A DNA stretch of 64,000 nt from an uncultured Methanosarcinales archaeon (GCA_964445485.1 CAYUPS010000001.1:76941-140940), one strand, 5' to 3'; numbered from the stretch's first letter, positions 1-8,908 are shown. Notes: generated by a model from the letters alone, not told the origin. Made by a program: numbers and translations.

Positions 1-199
1 CCGCATCGAGCGCACGGCGGAACTCCGCGAGCGCTTTCGCGTTCTCCTCCCGAGCCATGGCCGCAGCGTGCAGCCTCGTCTCGAACGAACCCATCTTCTC
101 CGAGACAGCGTCGAAGCGCTCGCGCAGCCCCGCGATCTGCTTGCCGAGACCGTCGACGGCCTCGCGCATCGAGAGGAGCGATTTGAGATTGTCGAGCAT
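1..199 (-). CDS. hypothetical alpha-helical/coiled-coil protein, C-terminus outside window (N-term MLDNLKSLLSMREAVDGLGKQIAGLRERFDAVSEKMGSFETRL...)
   Basis: Minus-strand frame open from ATG (199) to window edge with no stop; alternative ATG at 214; TATA-like TTTTATAG (minus orientation, 222-229) ~26 nt upstream of 199. Absent from ORF track because no in-window stop. Confidence 0.4.
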   Translation of the reverse strand, partial: MLDNLKSLLSMREAVDGLGKQIAGLRERFDAVSEKMGSFETRLHAAAMAREENAKALAEFRRALDA

Positions 200-237
200 G
201 CCGCGCAGGAACATCCCGCGCTATAAAACGCTTGCGC

Positions 238-378
238 CTACCCTTTGACGCCGAGGCACTTGAGGTCCTTGAATGAGCAGTTCTCGCATGTGAACTCCAT
301 GTATTTCACGTTACCGCTGATGGTCATGCCCGAGTGTTTCAGGTCATCGCCGCATTTTGGGCATTTGCGATCGCTCAT
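238..378 (-). CDS. small zinc-ribbon protein (CPKCG...CENC)
   Basis: ORF-track frame 238..420 begins with GTG; internal ATG at 378 gives 46-aa protein MSDRKCPKCGDDLKHSGMTISGNVKYMEFTCENCSF...; CTTAAATAA (minus orientation, 401-410) ~27 nt upstream of 378; CxxC-x21-CxxC ribbon. Confidence 0.45.
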   Translation of the reverse strand: MSDRKCPKCGDDLKHSGMTISGNVKYMEFTCENCSFKDLKCLGVKG

Positions 379-432
379 GCATCCGACCTGTGCCTCAGAA
401 TTATTTAAGGATTGCGGCACGCGCTCGCGAAG

Positions 433-441
433 CTATAAAAG
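433..441 (+). promoter_or_regulatory. TATA box CTATAAAAG (serves + gene at 463; near-palindromic)
   Basis: ~26 nt upstream of ATG 463; archaeal leaderless spacing. Confidence 0.5.
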
Positions 442-444
442 CGG

Positions 445-915
445 ATGCGGATTCGCGCGCACATGCGGGAGAAGACACACGACGCGTGGCGTGACGAGAT
501 GCACGGCGCGCTCTCCCGCCTCGGCCGGAAACTCGGCTTCTCCGTCACCATGCCCTACCGGCAGGATGTGTGGCTCGATGAGCGGTCGACGCGCGTGAGA
601 GTCCCATTCCACTTCGACATGCTCTGGCAGCGGCCGCGCGGCGCTCCCATCGCGATCTCCGTCGCCAAATCACGCGACGCCGCAGCGGCGCTCGGGCAGT
701 ACGCGCAGGGCGCGTGCCAGGCCAGCGCGAGCTGGCGGTTCGTGATGCTCGTGCCGGAAGAGCGCATGGTGCTGCGCATCCTGGCGCATGACCTGTTCCG
801 ATCGCGCGGCGGCACGCAGCAGCGGAAGCCGACTGCGGCGGTCCTCGCGCCCGCGAGCAGGTCTGCCGCGGCGCTCGAGGCGGAGCTTGGCGCCCGCCTG
901 CGCCGCCTCCTCTGA
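445..915 (+). CDS. hypothetical protein (likely start at second ATG 463)
   Basis: 156-aa ORF; CTATAAAAG TATA box at 433-441 is centred ~26 nt upstream of ATG 463 (leaderless), too close to ATG 445; no recognisable domain. Confidence 0.5.
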   Translation: MRIRAHMREKTHDAWRDEMHGALSRLGRKLGFSVTMPYRQDVWLDERSTRVRVPFHFDMLWQRPRGAPIAISVAKSRDAAAALGQYAQGACQASASWRFVMLVPEERMVLRILAHDLFRSRGGTQQRKPTAAVLAPASRSAAALEAELGARLRRLL

Positions 916-927
916 AGCCGCGCAAGG

Positions 928-935
928 ATTAAATA
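928..935 (+). promoter_or_regulatory. TATA box ATTAAATA
   Basis: 27 nt upstream of ATG 959, immediately after upstream stop 913-915. Confidence 0.5.
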
Positions 936-958
936 GGCCATCGGCGCACTGGGAAGCG

Positions 959-1501
959 ATGCATGCGCTTCTTGAGCGGATGGAGCGATGGGTCGACCGG
1001 AGCCTGCCAGTCGTCTTCCTCCTGCTCACAGTCCTGCTGGTCGCGGAATTCTTCGTCGACATCCATGACTACGAGCCGTACGTCACGCTCGCGGATTACC
1101 TGATAGTCGCGGTGTTCGTCGCGGATCTCGCGTTCAAATGGACACACGTGCGCATGCTCAAGCCGTTCGTGCGCCTCTACTGGGTCGACATCATCGCGGT
1201 GTTCCCCTTCTACAGCATCTTCCGCGCCTACCTGTTCTTCTTCGAGATACTGCCGCTCGGCGAGGAGGCTCAGAAACTGCTGCACGAAGCGGTGCTGCTG
1301 CGCGAGACCCGCATCGTCGAGGAGATCAGGCTCATCCGCGAAGCGGAGTTCGCGGCCAAGGAAGCAGGATTCGCCGGACGCATGATCCGCTTCCTGCAGC
1401 GCAGCTGGCGCCTGATCGCCATCCGCTGGCATGAGGCTCATGCGAACCTCCTGCGCGCGCACAAGCGGCAGCGCCACGGCGCCAGGCCCCGCCGCCGATA
1501 G
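959..1501 (+). CDS. small ion-transport-family (voltage-gated-channel S2-S3-like) membrane protein
   Basis: In-frame ATG at 959 inside track ORF 788..1501; ATTAAATA at 928-935 is ~27 nt upstream; two TM helices; segment ADLAFKWTHVRMLKPFVRLYWVDIIAVFPFYSIF resembles the E..LK....Y....WN.lDfvIV signature of ion-transport domains. Confidence 0.45.
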   Translation: MHALLERMERWVDRSLPVVFLLLTVLLVAEFFVDIHDYEPYVTLADYLIVAVFVADLAFKWTHVRMLKPFVRLYWVDIIAVFPFYSIFRAYLFFFEILPLGEEAQKLLHEAVLLRETRIVEEIRLIREAEFAAKEAGFAGRMIRFLQRSWRLIAIRWHEAHANLLRAHKRQRHGARPRRR

Positions 1502-1542
1502 CTTTTTATTGCGCGCACCGCGGCACCGCACCGGGGGATACC

Positions 1543-2886
1543 ATGGCAGGGATTTTCAAAGCGTACGACATCCGCGGGATATACCCGTCGCAGATCAACG
1601 AGGAAGCGGCGTACCAGATCGCCAAGGCGACCATCGCGTCGCTCTGCGGCCCCTCCGGCCCCGCCGAGATCGCGGTCGGCCACGACATGCGCACATCCTC
1701 TCCTTCGCTCTATGAATCATTCATCGCGGGCGCGCGCGATGCGGGCGCAGACGTCTTCGCGCTGGGAGAGTGTTCGACACCGCTGCTGTATTTCGCCGCG
1801 CGCGACCGGCACGGCGCCATGATCACTGCCTCGCACAACCCGAAAGAGTACAACGGGATCAAGCTGCAACGGCACGGGCCCTCGCCCGTGAGCATGGGCT
1901 CAGGGCTGGAGGGCATCGAGACGCGCGTCGCGAACAAATCATCCGTGACGTACCGCGCGCCCGGCAGATGCTATGCTGACAGCGTGCTCCACCGCTACAT
2001 GCACGCGTTGTGGAAGCAGAGCGGCGCCATGCGCATCGCGCCCATGTCCGTCGCCATCGACGCGGGCAGCGGGATGGCGGGCATGGTCACTCCGCACATC
2101 TTCGCGGACCTGCCCATCAGGATGACACCGATGAATTTCGAGCCGGATGGCACGTTCCCCGTGCATGAGGCCAATCCGCTCAAGAAGGAGAACACCAAGG
2201 ATCTGTGCGCGCGCGTCAAGGCGCTCGGGTGCGACCTGGGCCTCGCGTACGACGGCGACGCCGACCGCGTCTTCTTCATCGATGAGAGGGGCACCCATGT
2301 GCCGTCCGAGCAGATCATCTGCCTGCTGAGCCAGGAATTCCTGCGCCTCCACCCGGGCAGCACCATCGTCTATTCTGTCAATTGCAGCAAAATAGTGCCC
2401 GAGACCATCGCATCCCTCGGAGGCACTGCCGTGCGCGAGCGTGTCGGCGTCTCTCTCATGAAAGCGCGCATGCGCAAGGAGGACGCCATCTTCGGATCAG
2501 AGGTCTCCGGCCACCACACGTTCCGCGACTTCTACAACATCGACAGCGCTGACTTCGCGGCGCTGACAGTGATGCGCATCATGAGCGAGAAAGGCAAGCG
2601 GCTCTCCGAGCTCATCGCGCCGTACAAGAAGTACGCGAAGACGGACGAGCTGAACTGGCACGATATCAAGGATATCCCCTGCACGCTCGCCCGCATCGAG
2701 AACGCCTATGCCGGCGCGAAGACAGACAGGCTCGATGGCTTGACGGTGGAATTCCCGGACTGGTGGTGCAACATCAGGCCGTCGAACACCGAGCCGATAC
2801 TGCGCGCGGTCGTCGAGGCTCAGGATGACGCCATGCTCGCCGGCAAAGTGGCGGAGCTTGAAGGGCTCATCATGCAGAAGCCCTGA
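1543..2886 (+). CDS. glmM: phosphohexomutase (phosphoglucosamine mutase / phosphomannomutase, alpha-D-phosphohexomutase superfamily)
   Basis: 447 aa; active-site TASHNP(KEYNGIK) motif, Mg-binding DGDADR, sugar-binding GSEVSGH; T-rich stretch/ATG context upstream. Confidence 0.9.
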   Translation: MAGIFKAYDIRGIYPSQINEEAAYQIAKATIASLCGPSGPAEIAVGHDMRTSSPSLYESFIAGARDAGADVFALGECSTPLLYFAARDRHGAMITASHNPKEYNGIKLQRHGPSPVSMGSGLEGIETRVANKSSVTYRAPGRCYADSVLHRYMHALWKQSGAMRIAPMSVAIDAGSGMAGMVTPHIFADLPIRMTPMNFEPDGTFPVHEANPLKKENTKDLCARVKALGCDLGLAYDGDADRVFFIDERGTHVPSEQIICLLSQEFLRLHPGSTIVYSVNCSKIVPETIASLGGTAVRERVGVSLMKARMRKEDAIFGSEVSGHHTFRDFYNIDSADFAALTVMRIMSEKGKRLSELIAPYKKYAKTDELNWHDIKDIPCTLARIENAYAGAKTDRLDGLTVEFPDWWCNIRPSNTEPILRAVVEAQDDAMLAGKVAELEGLIMQKP

Positions 2887-2932
2887 GCAGCCCGCACAAC
2901 CTTTAGAAATGGGCCGCAGCTCTGGCGGCATA

Positions 2933-4258
2933 ATGGCTCCTCGGAAGAAAAAGACAGACACAGACGGCTCTGCGGCACCTGCCGCCGAGAAGAAGCCCGC
3001 CGCGGAGAAAAAAGCAGCCGCTGTCGACACGCACGGCCAGCCGACAGTCAACATCGGCATGATCGGCCATGTCGACCACGGCAAGACCACGCTCGTGCGC
3101 GCGCTCTCCGGCAAGTGGGCTGACACGCATTCTGAGGAGATCAAGCGCGGCATCACCATCAGGCTCGGCTATGCCGACGTCACCATCTACAAGTATCCCG
3201 GCGCAGAGGGGCCCGACTCGCTGGGCCTCACACAGAAGAACAAGGACGGTGTCGAAGGCGTCCCCATGCGCCGCATCTCCCTTGTCGACGCGCCCGGCCA
3301 CGAATCGCTCATGGCGACGATGCTCTGCGGCGCATCCATCATGGACGGCGCGCTGCTCCTCATCGCCGCCAACGAGACATGCCCGCAGCCGCAGACTGTC
3401 GAGCACCTGACTGCGCTCACCATCACCGGCATCGACAAGCTCATCGTGGTCCAGAACAAGGTGGACATCGTGAGCGAAGAGGATGCCAAGAAGAACTACG
3501 GCGAGATCAAGGAGTTCCTCAAGGGGACGAAATACGCCGATGCGCCGATCGTCCCGCTCGCCGCGCTCCACAACGTCAACGTGGACGCGCTCCTCGAGGC
3601 AGTCAACGAATACATCCCCGAGCCGCAGCGCGACCTCGCCAAACCGCCGCGCATGCTCGTCGCGCGCTCCTTTGACATCAACAAGCCAGGAACGCTGCCC
3701 AAGAGCATGGTCGGCGGCGTCATCGGAGGCGCCCTCAAGGAAGGCGAGCTGCGGACGGGCGATGAGATCGAGATCCTGCCCGGCTACGAAGTCGAGGAGC
3801 GCAACGCGAAGGTCTGGAAGCCGCTGCGCACGACCATCAAGAAGATCATGACCGGCGGCACGGACGCAGAGGTCGCGAGACCCGGCGGCACCTTCGCAAT
3901 CCTCACCACGCTCGACCCCAGCGTCGTCAAGTCAGACAAGCTTGTCGGATCGCTCATCGGCCATGTCGGCAAGCTGCCGCCGGTGTGGAACACGCTCACG
4001 CTCGAGGTCACGCTGCTCGACCGCGTCGTCGGCGCCAAGGATCAGCTCGTCGTCTCGCCGGTCAAGCTCGGCGAGATGCTCATGCTGAATGTGAACGCGG
4101 CGGCGACAGTCGGCGTCGTCAAGGACATCAGCAAGGGGCTCGTGAAGGTCGCCCTGCGCCGGCCTGTGTGCGCGGCGATCGGCGCGCACGTGACGCTGGC
4201 GCGCAATGTCGGCCAGCGCTGGCGCCTCATCGGCTATGCCGCGATCAAAGGCGCGTAA
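2933..4258 (+). CDS. eif2g: translation initiation factor aIF2 gamma subunit
   Basis: GTPase G1 motif GHVDHGKTTL, NKVD, zinc knuckle region; N-terminal Lys/Ala/Pro-rich extension (MAPRKKKTDTDGSAAPAAEKKPAAEKK); TTTAGAAA at 2902-2909 ~28 nt upstream of ATG 2933 (alternative in-frame ATG 2909). Confidence 0.92.
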   Translation: MAPRKKKTDTDGSAAPAAEKKPAAEKKAAAVDTHGQPTVNIGMIGHVDHGKTTLVRALSGKWADTHSEEIKRGITIRLGYADVTIYKYPGAEGPDSLGLTQKNKDGVEGVPMRRISLVDAPGHESLMATMLCGASIMDGALLLIAANETCPQPQTVEHLTALTITGIDKLIVVQNKVDIVSEEDAKKNYGEIKEFLKGTKYADAPIVPLAALHNVNVDALLEAVNEYIPEPQRDLAKPPRMLVARSFDINKPGTLPKSMVGGVIGGALKEGELRTGDEIEILPGYEVEERNAKVWKPLRTTIKKIMTGGTDAEVARPGGTFAILTTLDPSVVKSDKLVGSLIGHVGKLPPVWNTLTLEVTLLDRVVGAKDQLVVSPVKLGEMLMLNVNAAATVGVVKDISKGLVKVALRRPVCAAIGAHVTLARNVGQRWRLIGYAAIKGA

Positions 4259-4283
4259 TCCGCAAGTAAAAGAAACAAATTCT

Positions 4284-5024
4284 TTAGTGGCGCCGCGCGA
4301 GCGCGAATCCGCCGACGAGCAGCGCGAGCGCGCCGGCGATCATGCCTGCGAACGCGAAGGTCTCGGTGCGCTTGATGGTCTCTGCCTGGTCGGCGATCGA
4401 GTCCATCATCAATTGGTGGTGCTCGGGCGTGAGCATCGGGTCGACGCCGTGCGCCATGGCTGCGCCCGCAGCAGGGAATTCCACTTCTTCGCGCGGTGTG
4501 GGGCAGCCGAATGCGCCTGCTTTGAATGTGCGGATGACTCCCTCGCCTTCGGCAGCGAGGGGTTCGTTGGCGATCATGCCGCTCATGTGGTGGCCTTCGC
4601 CGCTGCAGGGGAAGAGGAGGTCGATGGGCGTCTCACCGATGCGGCCGACGAGGCGGTAGGTGATCTGGTGGCCCGTTGGGATGAAGTAGGCGCGGTACGC
4701 GCCGGGGTCTTTGTAGGCTGCTTCGAGAGCAGACATGCGGCGCTCATCGCCTGCGATGAGTTCCACTTCAAGCGTCTCTTCGAGTCCCGTGACGGGTATG
4801 GAGCCGGCTGCGGAGGAGTTCGTGGGGTCTGCGGGATCTGCGAGTTTGATGCGCAGGTCGAGGCTGGTCTTCTCGCCGGTGAGGATGGGCTCGCCGACGG
4901 ATCCGACGATGATGAGGTAGTGCGTGCCGCCGATATCGTAGACGCGGCGCTCGTGCGCGCCGGCTGTCGCGGCGAGCAGCGCTGTGGCGATGAGCAGTGT
5001 GGCGATGAGTGTCTGTGCGTTCAT
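4284..5024 (-). CDS. secreted hypothetical protein with N-terminal signal peptide and C-terminal TM anchor plus basic tail (ARRH)
   Basis: 246 aa; N-term MNAQTLIATLLIATALLAATAGA signal; C-term FAFAGMIAGALALLVGGFALARRH; His-rich patches; no domain recognised. Confidence 0.6.
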   Translation of the reverse strand: MNAQTLIATLLIATALLAATAGAHERRVYDIGGTHYLIIVGSVGEPILTGEKTSLDLRIKLADPADPTNSSAAGSIPVTGLEETLEVELIAGDERRMSALEAAYKDPGAYRAYFIPTGHQITYRLVGRIGETPIDLLFPCSGEGHHMSGMIANEPLAAEGEGVIRTFKAGAFGCPTPREEVEFPAAGAAMAHGVDPMLTPEHHQLMMDSIADQAETIKRTETFAFAGMIAGALALLVGGFALARRH

Positions 5025-5042
5025 GGTGGGTCTGTGCCTCAG

Positions 5043-5102
5043 TTACGTTACAATCTCCGTAAGTTTACATCCGTTGTAAATAACTTCCTTATATATCTTA
5101 CG
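5043..5102. promoter_or_regulatory. divergent AT-rich promoter region with inverted repeats (GTTACGTTACAA / TTGTAAATAAC; CCGTAAG ... CTTACG) around TTATATAT
   Basis: Lies between divergent genes 5024(-) and 5189(+); second TATA ACATATAAAG ~5141-5151 upstream of ALDH. Confidence 0.45.
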
Positions 5103-5188
5103 CCTGCGCCGCGCAAGCACGGGCGCAGACAGCACAACACATATAAAGCTGACCGACTCCGGCAGAAACAGGGGAAAAAGAGGAGACA

Positions 5189-6685
5189 ATGGCCACCACC
5201 TACAACCACTGGATCGGCGGCAAATGGGTCAAACCGTCGAGCAAGGAATACTTCGACGTCACCAACCCCGCGAACGGGAAGACCATCGCGAAGTGCGCCG
5301 CGGGCAACGCTGACGACGCCAACGCCGCAGTCACCGCCGCCCGCAAAGGATACGAGACCTGGAAGGCACTGCCCCCCTCCGAGCGATCGGCCGCGCTGCT
5401 GCGCCTCGCCGCCGTGTGCGAGAAAGAAATCCCGCGCCTCGCGCGGCTCGAGACCACCTGCCAAGGCAAACCAATCAAGCTCGCACGCGACTCCGACCTG
5501 CCCTTCGGCATCGACAACCTGCGCTTCTTCGCCGGCGCCGCCCGCATCCTCGAAGGCAAGGCAGCCGCGGAATACACCGGCATCGGCACCAGCATGATCC
5601 GGCGCGAGCCCTACGGCGTCGTCGTCGGCATCGTCCCCTGGAACTACCCCTGGATGCTCGGCATGTGGAAGCTCGGACCCGCACTCGCCGCAGGCAACAG
5701 CATCATCCTCAAACCATCATCCAACACGCCGCTCACCCTCCTCGAAATGGGACCGCTGTGCAAGAAAGCAGGCATCCCCGACGGCGTCGTCAACATCGTC
5801 ACCGGCCCGAGCGAGACACTCGGCGACGCCCTCCTCATCCATCCCGACGTCGACATGGTCTCCTTCACAGGCAGCACAGGCACCGGCAAGAGCATCATGC
5901 AGAAAGCCGGCGGCACGCTCAAGAAAGTCCACCTCGAGCTCGGCGGCAAGGCGCCGCTTATCGTCTTCGACGACGCAGACCTCGACGCAGCGGTCGAAGG
6001 CGCAGTCATCGGCGGGTTCGTCAACGCAGGCCAGGACTGCACGGGAGCCACACGGGCGCTCGTCCACGAAAAGATCTACACCCGTTTCCTCGATAAGCTC
6101 CTCGCGCGCATCAAGGACTTCCGCATCGGCGACCCGCTCAGCGAGAGCACCGACATGGGTCCCCTCGCGAGCGCATCCCACCTGCAGCGCGTCGAAGAGT
6201 ACGTGCGCGCCGCGCGCGACGAGGGAGCCCGGCTCCTGTGCGGCGGCAAGCAGCCGACGGCCAAAGCGCTCCGCACCGGCGCGTACTTCGAACCCACCAT
6301 CCTCGTCGACGTCGAGCAGCAGTCGCGCATCTGCCAGGAAGAGGTCTTCGGGCCAGTCCTGATCGTGCAGAAATTCAAGAGCGACGAGGATGCCCTGCAG
6401 AAGGCCAACGACGTCGCCTACGGCCTCGCGAGCTCTGTCTGGACGAAGGATGTGCAGCGGGCCATGCGCTTCGCGCGCGATCTGCAGTTCGGCGAAGTCT
6501 GGATCAACGACCACCTGCCGCTCGCGAGCGAAGTTCCCCACGGAGGGTACAAGATGAGCGGCAGGGGCAGCAAGGACCTCTCGCTCTACGCGCTTGAGGA
6601 ATTCAGCCAGATCAAGCATGTGTACGTCGACCTGACTGGCGCGACGCGCAAGAGCTGGCACTACACCGTTCTCGGCAAGCGCTGA
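5189..6685 (+). CDS. NAD(P)+-dependent aldehyde dehydrogenase (aminoaldehyde/betaine-aldehyde DH-like)
   Basis: 498 aa; ALDH glutamate motif ELGGKAP and catalytic Cys motif GQDCTG, GSTGTGK NAD fingerprint; SD-like AGGAG 5181-5185. Confidence 0.93.
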   Translation: MATTYNHWIGGKWVKPSSKEYFDVTNPANGKTIAKCAAGNADDANAAVTAARKGYETWKALPPSERSAALLRLAAVCEKEIPRLARLETTCQGKPIKLARDSDLPFGIDNLRFFAGAARILEGKAAAEYTGIGTSMIRREPYGVVVGIVPWNYPWMLGMWKLGPALAAGNSIILKPSSNTPLTLLEMGPLCKKAGIPDGVVNIVTGPSETLGDALLIHPDVDMVSFTGSTGTGKSIMQKAGGTLKKVHLELGGKAPLIVFDDADLDAAVEGAVIGGFVNAGQDCTGATRALVHEKIYTRFLDKLLARIKDFRIGDPLSESTDMGPLASASHLQRVEEYVRAARDEGARLLCGGKQPTAKALRTGAYFEPTILVDVEQQSRICQEEVFGPVLIVQKFKSDEDALQKANDVAYGLASSVWTKDVQRAMRFARDLQFGEVWINDHLPLASEVPHGGYKMSGRGSKDLSLYALEEFSQIKHVYVDLTGATRKSWHYTVLGKR

Positions 6686-7800
6686 TGGCAACCAAGACCT
6701 GCATCGTCCTCGGCGGCACAGGCATGATGGGCCGCATCGTCGTCCAGGATTTGTACGCGACGGCGAAAGCGAGCATCATCATCGCAGACAGGAACGCGCA
6801 GAAGCTCGCGGACGCCAAGAAGCTCTATCGCTCCCCCCGCGTGCAGACCGCGCTCGTCGACGTGACAGACCACCGCGCGCTCGTGAGGGTGCTGCGCAAG
6901 GGCAACATCGTGCTCAACTGCGTCAATTACGAGCATAACCTGCGCGTGATGGAAGCCGCGCTCGAGGCCGACACGCACTATCTCGATCTCGGCGGGCTGT
7001 ATCACATGACCAACCGCCAGAAGCACCTGCACGAGGCGTTCGAGGGCGAGCGGCTCACGGCCATCCTCGGCTGCGGCAGCACGCCCGGCATCACCAATGT
7101 CCTGGCGGGGTTCGGGGCTGAGCTGCTCGATCGCGTTACCGCAATCGACGTCAAGGTGGGCGGGCGGACGCTCGGCAAGAGCCACGGCGGGTTCGCGGTG
7201 CCGTATGCCATCCAGACGATCGTCGATGAGTTCACCAAGCGGCCTGCGGTCTACCGCGCGGGCAGGATGCGTTTTGTCCGGCCGCTCTCGGGCAGGATTG
7301 TCGCGCGCTTCCCGCGCCCGATCGGCGGCGTGCCGATGTTCTACTCCCTGCACAGTGAACTGGCGAGCTTCCCCGAATCGTTCGGGCATCGGGGGCTGCG
7401 CGCGGCGTCCTTCAGGGTCGGGTTCGATCCGGCGTTCGTGCGGCGTTTGCGCGCGCTCATCCGCGAAGGCCCCGCGGCCATCAGCGCGGCAGCTGCGGCG
7501 AGCGCGCCGCCCAAGAAGGTGCGCGATGTCGAAGTATTGCGTGTCGAACTGCACGGCAGGCGCAAGAAGGCGCGCGGCATCCTGACGGCGGAGTGCCTCG
7601 CGAGGAGCAGGAGGGGCGTGGCGGCGGGGGATATCGATACGGCATCGCCGATCTCGATCATGGCCCAGATGGTTCTCGATGGGCGCATCTGCGCGTGCGG
7701 CGTCGTGCCGCCGGAGCGGTGCGTGCCGCCGCAGGAATTTTTCAGGGAATTGCGCAGGCGCGGGATGCGCGTGTCGTGGCGCTGGCGCGCGAAGAAGTGA
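6685..7800 (+). CDS. saccharopine dehydrogenase family NAD(P)-binding protein
   Basis: 371 aa; N-terminal Rossmann CIVLGGTGMMGRIVVQDL, conserved HYLDLGG and GCGSTPGITN segments of Sacchrp_dh_NADP; start overlaps ALDH stop (TGATG). Confidence 0.8.
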   Translation: MATKTCIVLGGTGMMGRIVVQDLYATAKASIIIADRNAQKLADAKKLYRSPRVQTALVDVTDHRALVRVLRKGNIVLNCVNYEHNLRVMEAALEADTHYLDLGGLYHMTNRQKHLHEAFEGERLTAILGCGSTPGITNVLAGFGAELLDRVTAIDVKVGGRTLGKSHGGFAVPYAIQTIVDEFTKRPAVYRAGRMRFVRPLSGRIVARFPRPIGGVPMFYSLHSELASFPESFGHRGLRAASFRVGFDPAFVRRLRALIREGPAAISAAAAASAPPKKVRDVEVLRVELHGRRKKARGILTAECLARSRRGVAAGDIDTASPISIMAQMVLDGRICACGVVPPERCVPPQEFFRELRRRGMRVSWRWRAKK

Positions 7801-8418
7801 TCAGCGCTTTCTCGCGATGACGCCTGCGGCGCTCGGGAGCCTCTTGACGTCGATGAAACCCGCTTTCTGCAGGCGGCGCAGGACGCCGGTGACGATGTCC
7901 TTTCCCTGCGACCTGCCGGGCGCGCCGGTGTAGTGGTAGAGGCGGCCGCCGCGGCGCAGGACGCGGAACAAGTGCCGGTAGAAGTCTTCGGAGTAGAGGT
8001 CGCCCGCGATGGTAAGCGAGGGAGGGTCGTGGATGATGCGGTCGAATTCTCCCGCGGGCAGGTCCTCGATGATCTCCGTGATGTCGCCGATGACGCGTTC
8101 GATCTTGGCGTTGCAGAAGAGCTCGCGCGAGCTGTCGTTCTTCTTGGCCATGGCGACGACGTTCTCGTCGAGTTCGACGGTCATGACGGCCGTGACTTTC
8201 GCGGCGAGGGCGGCGCCGATGGCGGTGTAGCCGAGGCCCGTGCAGCAGTCGAGGACTTTGCCGAAGATGGGCGCGATGGCTTTGAGCTTGAGCTCCGTGT
8301 CTGTCTTGGGGTCGACGGTCTCGACGCGGTGCATGCGTATGCCAGAAATCTCGATGGTGGGCCAGGTCTCGGTCTCGAGCAGCTTGTAGAACCGCTGCGT
8401 CTGAGCGCTGAACGCCAT
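7801..8418 (-). CDS. class I SAM-dependent methyltransferase (small RsmD/MJ0882-like RNA methylase type)
   Basis: 205 aa; motif I LDCCTGLGYTAIGAA, motif IV IIHDPPS ((D/N)PP(Y/F/S)); TTTATAA (minus orientation) ~25 nt upstream of ATG 8418. Confidence 0.75.
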   Translation of the reverse strand: MAFSAQTQRFYKLLETETWPTIEISGIRMHRVETVDPKTDTELKLKAIAPIFGKVLDCCTGLGYTAIGAALAAKVTAVMTVELDENVVAMAKKNDSSRELFCNAKIERVIGDITEIIEDLPAGEFDRIIHDPPSLTIAGDLYSEDFYRHLFRVLRRGGRLYHYTGAPGRSQGKDIVTGVLRRLQKAGFIDVKRLPSAAGVIARKR

Positions 8419-8509
8419 ATCGACGGGAATGGGCGTTGCGTTATAAAGATGGGCACGCTGGCGCGGTTGAGCGCTTGCGCTGCGTCACGGACGCATGAGA
8501 AACAAAGGC

Positions 8510-8908
8510 TTATTCGCCGTCGTGCTCTTCGACCTTCTTCATCTCCTTGCTGCGGTAGATGGAGGCGAAGGCGGGCGTGACGACGATGTAGTCTTCGCCG
8601 AAGCCTGCGATCTCGCCGTCGAGCGCATCGGTGGTCTTCTTGAGCTTGCTGATGGCGCGCTTGAGCTCGACGAGGTCGCGGTCGCGCAGGGCCTTGATGT
8701 TGACGAGGGCGATGGTATGGCCTTCGCGCAGGGAGTCGATGACGGGTTTGACGTCTTCGAAGTCTTCGAGCATGAAGGGGCGGACGAGCGTCTTGGCCTT
8801 GGTCTCTTGGGATTCGGTGTCGAGCTCGAGGTAGGATTGCTCGGATTCGAGCTCGTCGTAGCTGTCGCCGCCGAATTTCGATTTCAATTGAGCCAGGAAC
8901 TTTCGCAT
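8510..8908 (-). CDS. sepF: cell-division protein SepF (FtsZ membrane anchor, DUF552)
   Basis: C-terminal domain VKPVIDSLREGHTIALVNIKALRDRDLVELKRAISKLKKTTDALDGEIAGFGEDYIVVTP matches SepF core; track start 8923 is TTG, ATG at 8908 preferred. Confidence 0.8.
   Translation of the reverse strand: MRKFLAQLKSKFGGDSYDELESEQSYLELDTESQETKAKTLVRPFMLEDFEDVKPVIDSLREGHTIALVNIKALRDRDLVELKRAISKLKKTTDALDGEIAGFGEDYIVVTPAFASIYRSKEMKKVEEHDGE

Noticed and set aside
57-248. 63-aa + strand ORF at window start
   Set aside because: It is antisense to a better-supported minus-strand coiled-coil ORF that has a TATA box, and its translation has no features.
4206-5597. Long + strand ORF (463 aa) overlapping the secreted-protein gene and the ALDH start
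   Set aside because: Low-complexity Arg/Ala/Pro-rich translation typical of alternative frames in GC-rich DNA. It overlaps two well-supported genes on both strands and has no motifs.
5416-7554. Several long ORFs (5416..6096 +, 5717..6691 -, 6661..7554 -) antisense or out of frame to the ALDH and saccharopine-DH genes
   Set aside because: Arg-rich nonsense translations. The sense genes carry clear catalytic motifs; these are GC-frame artefacts.
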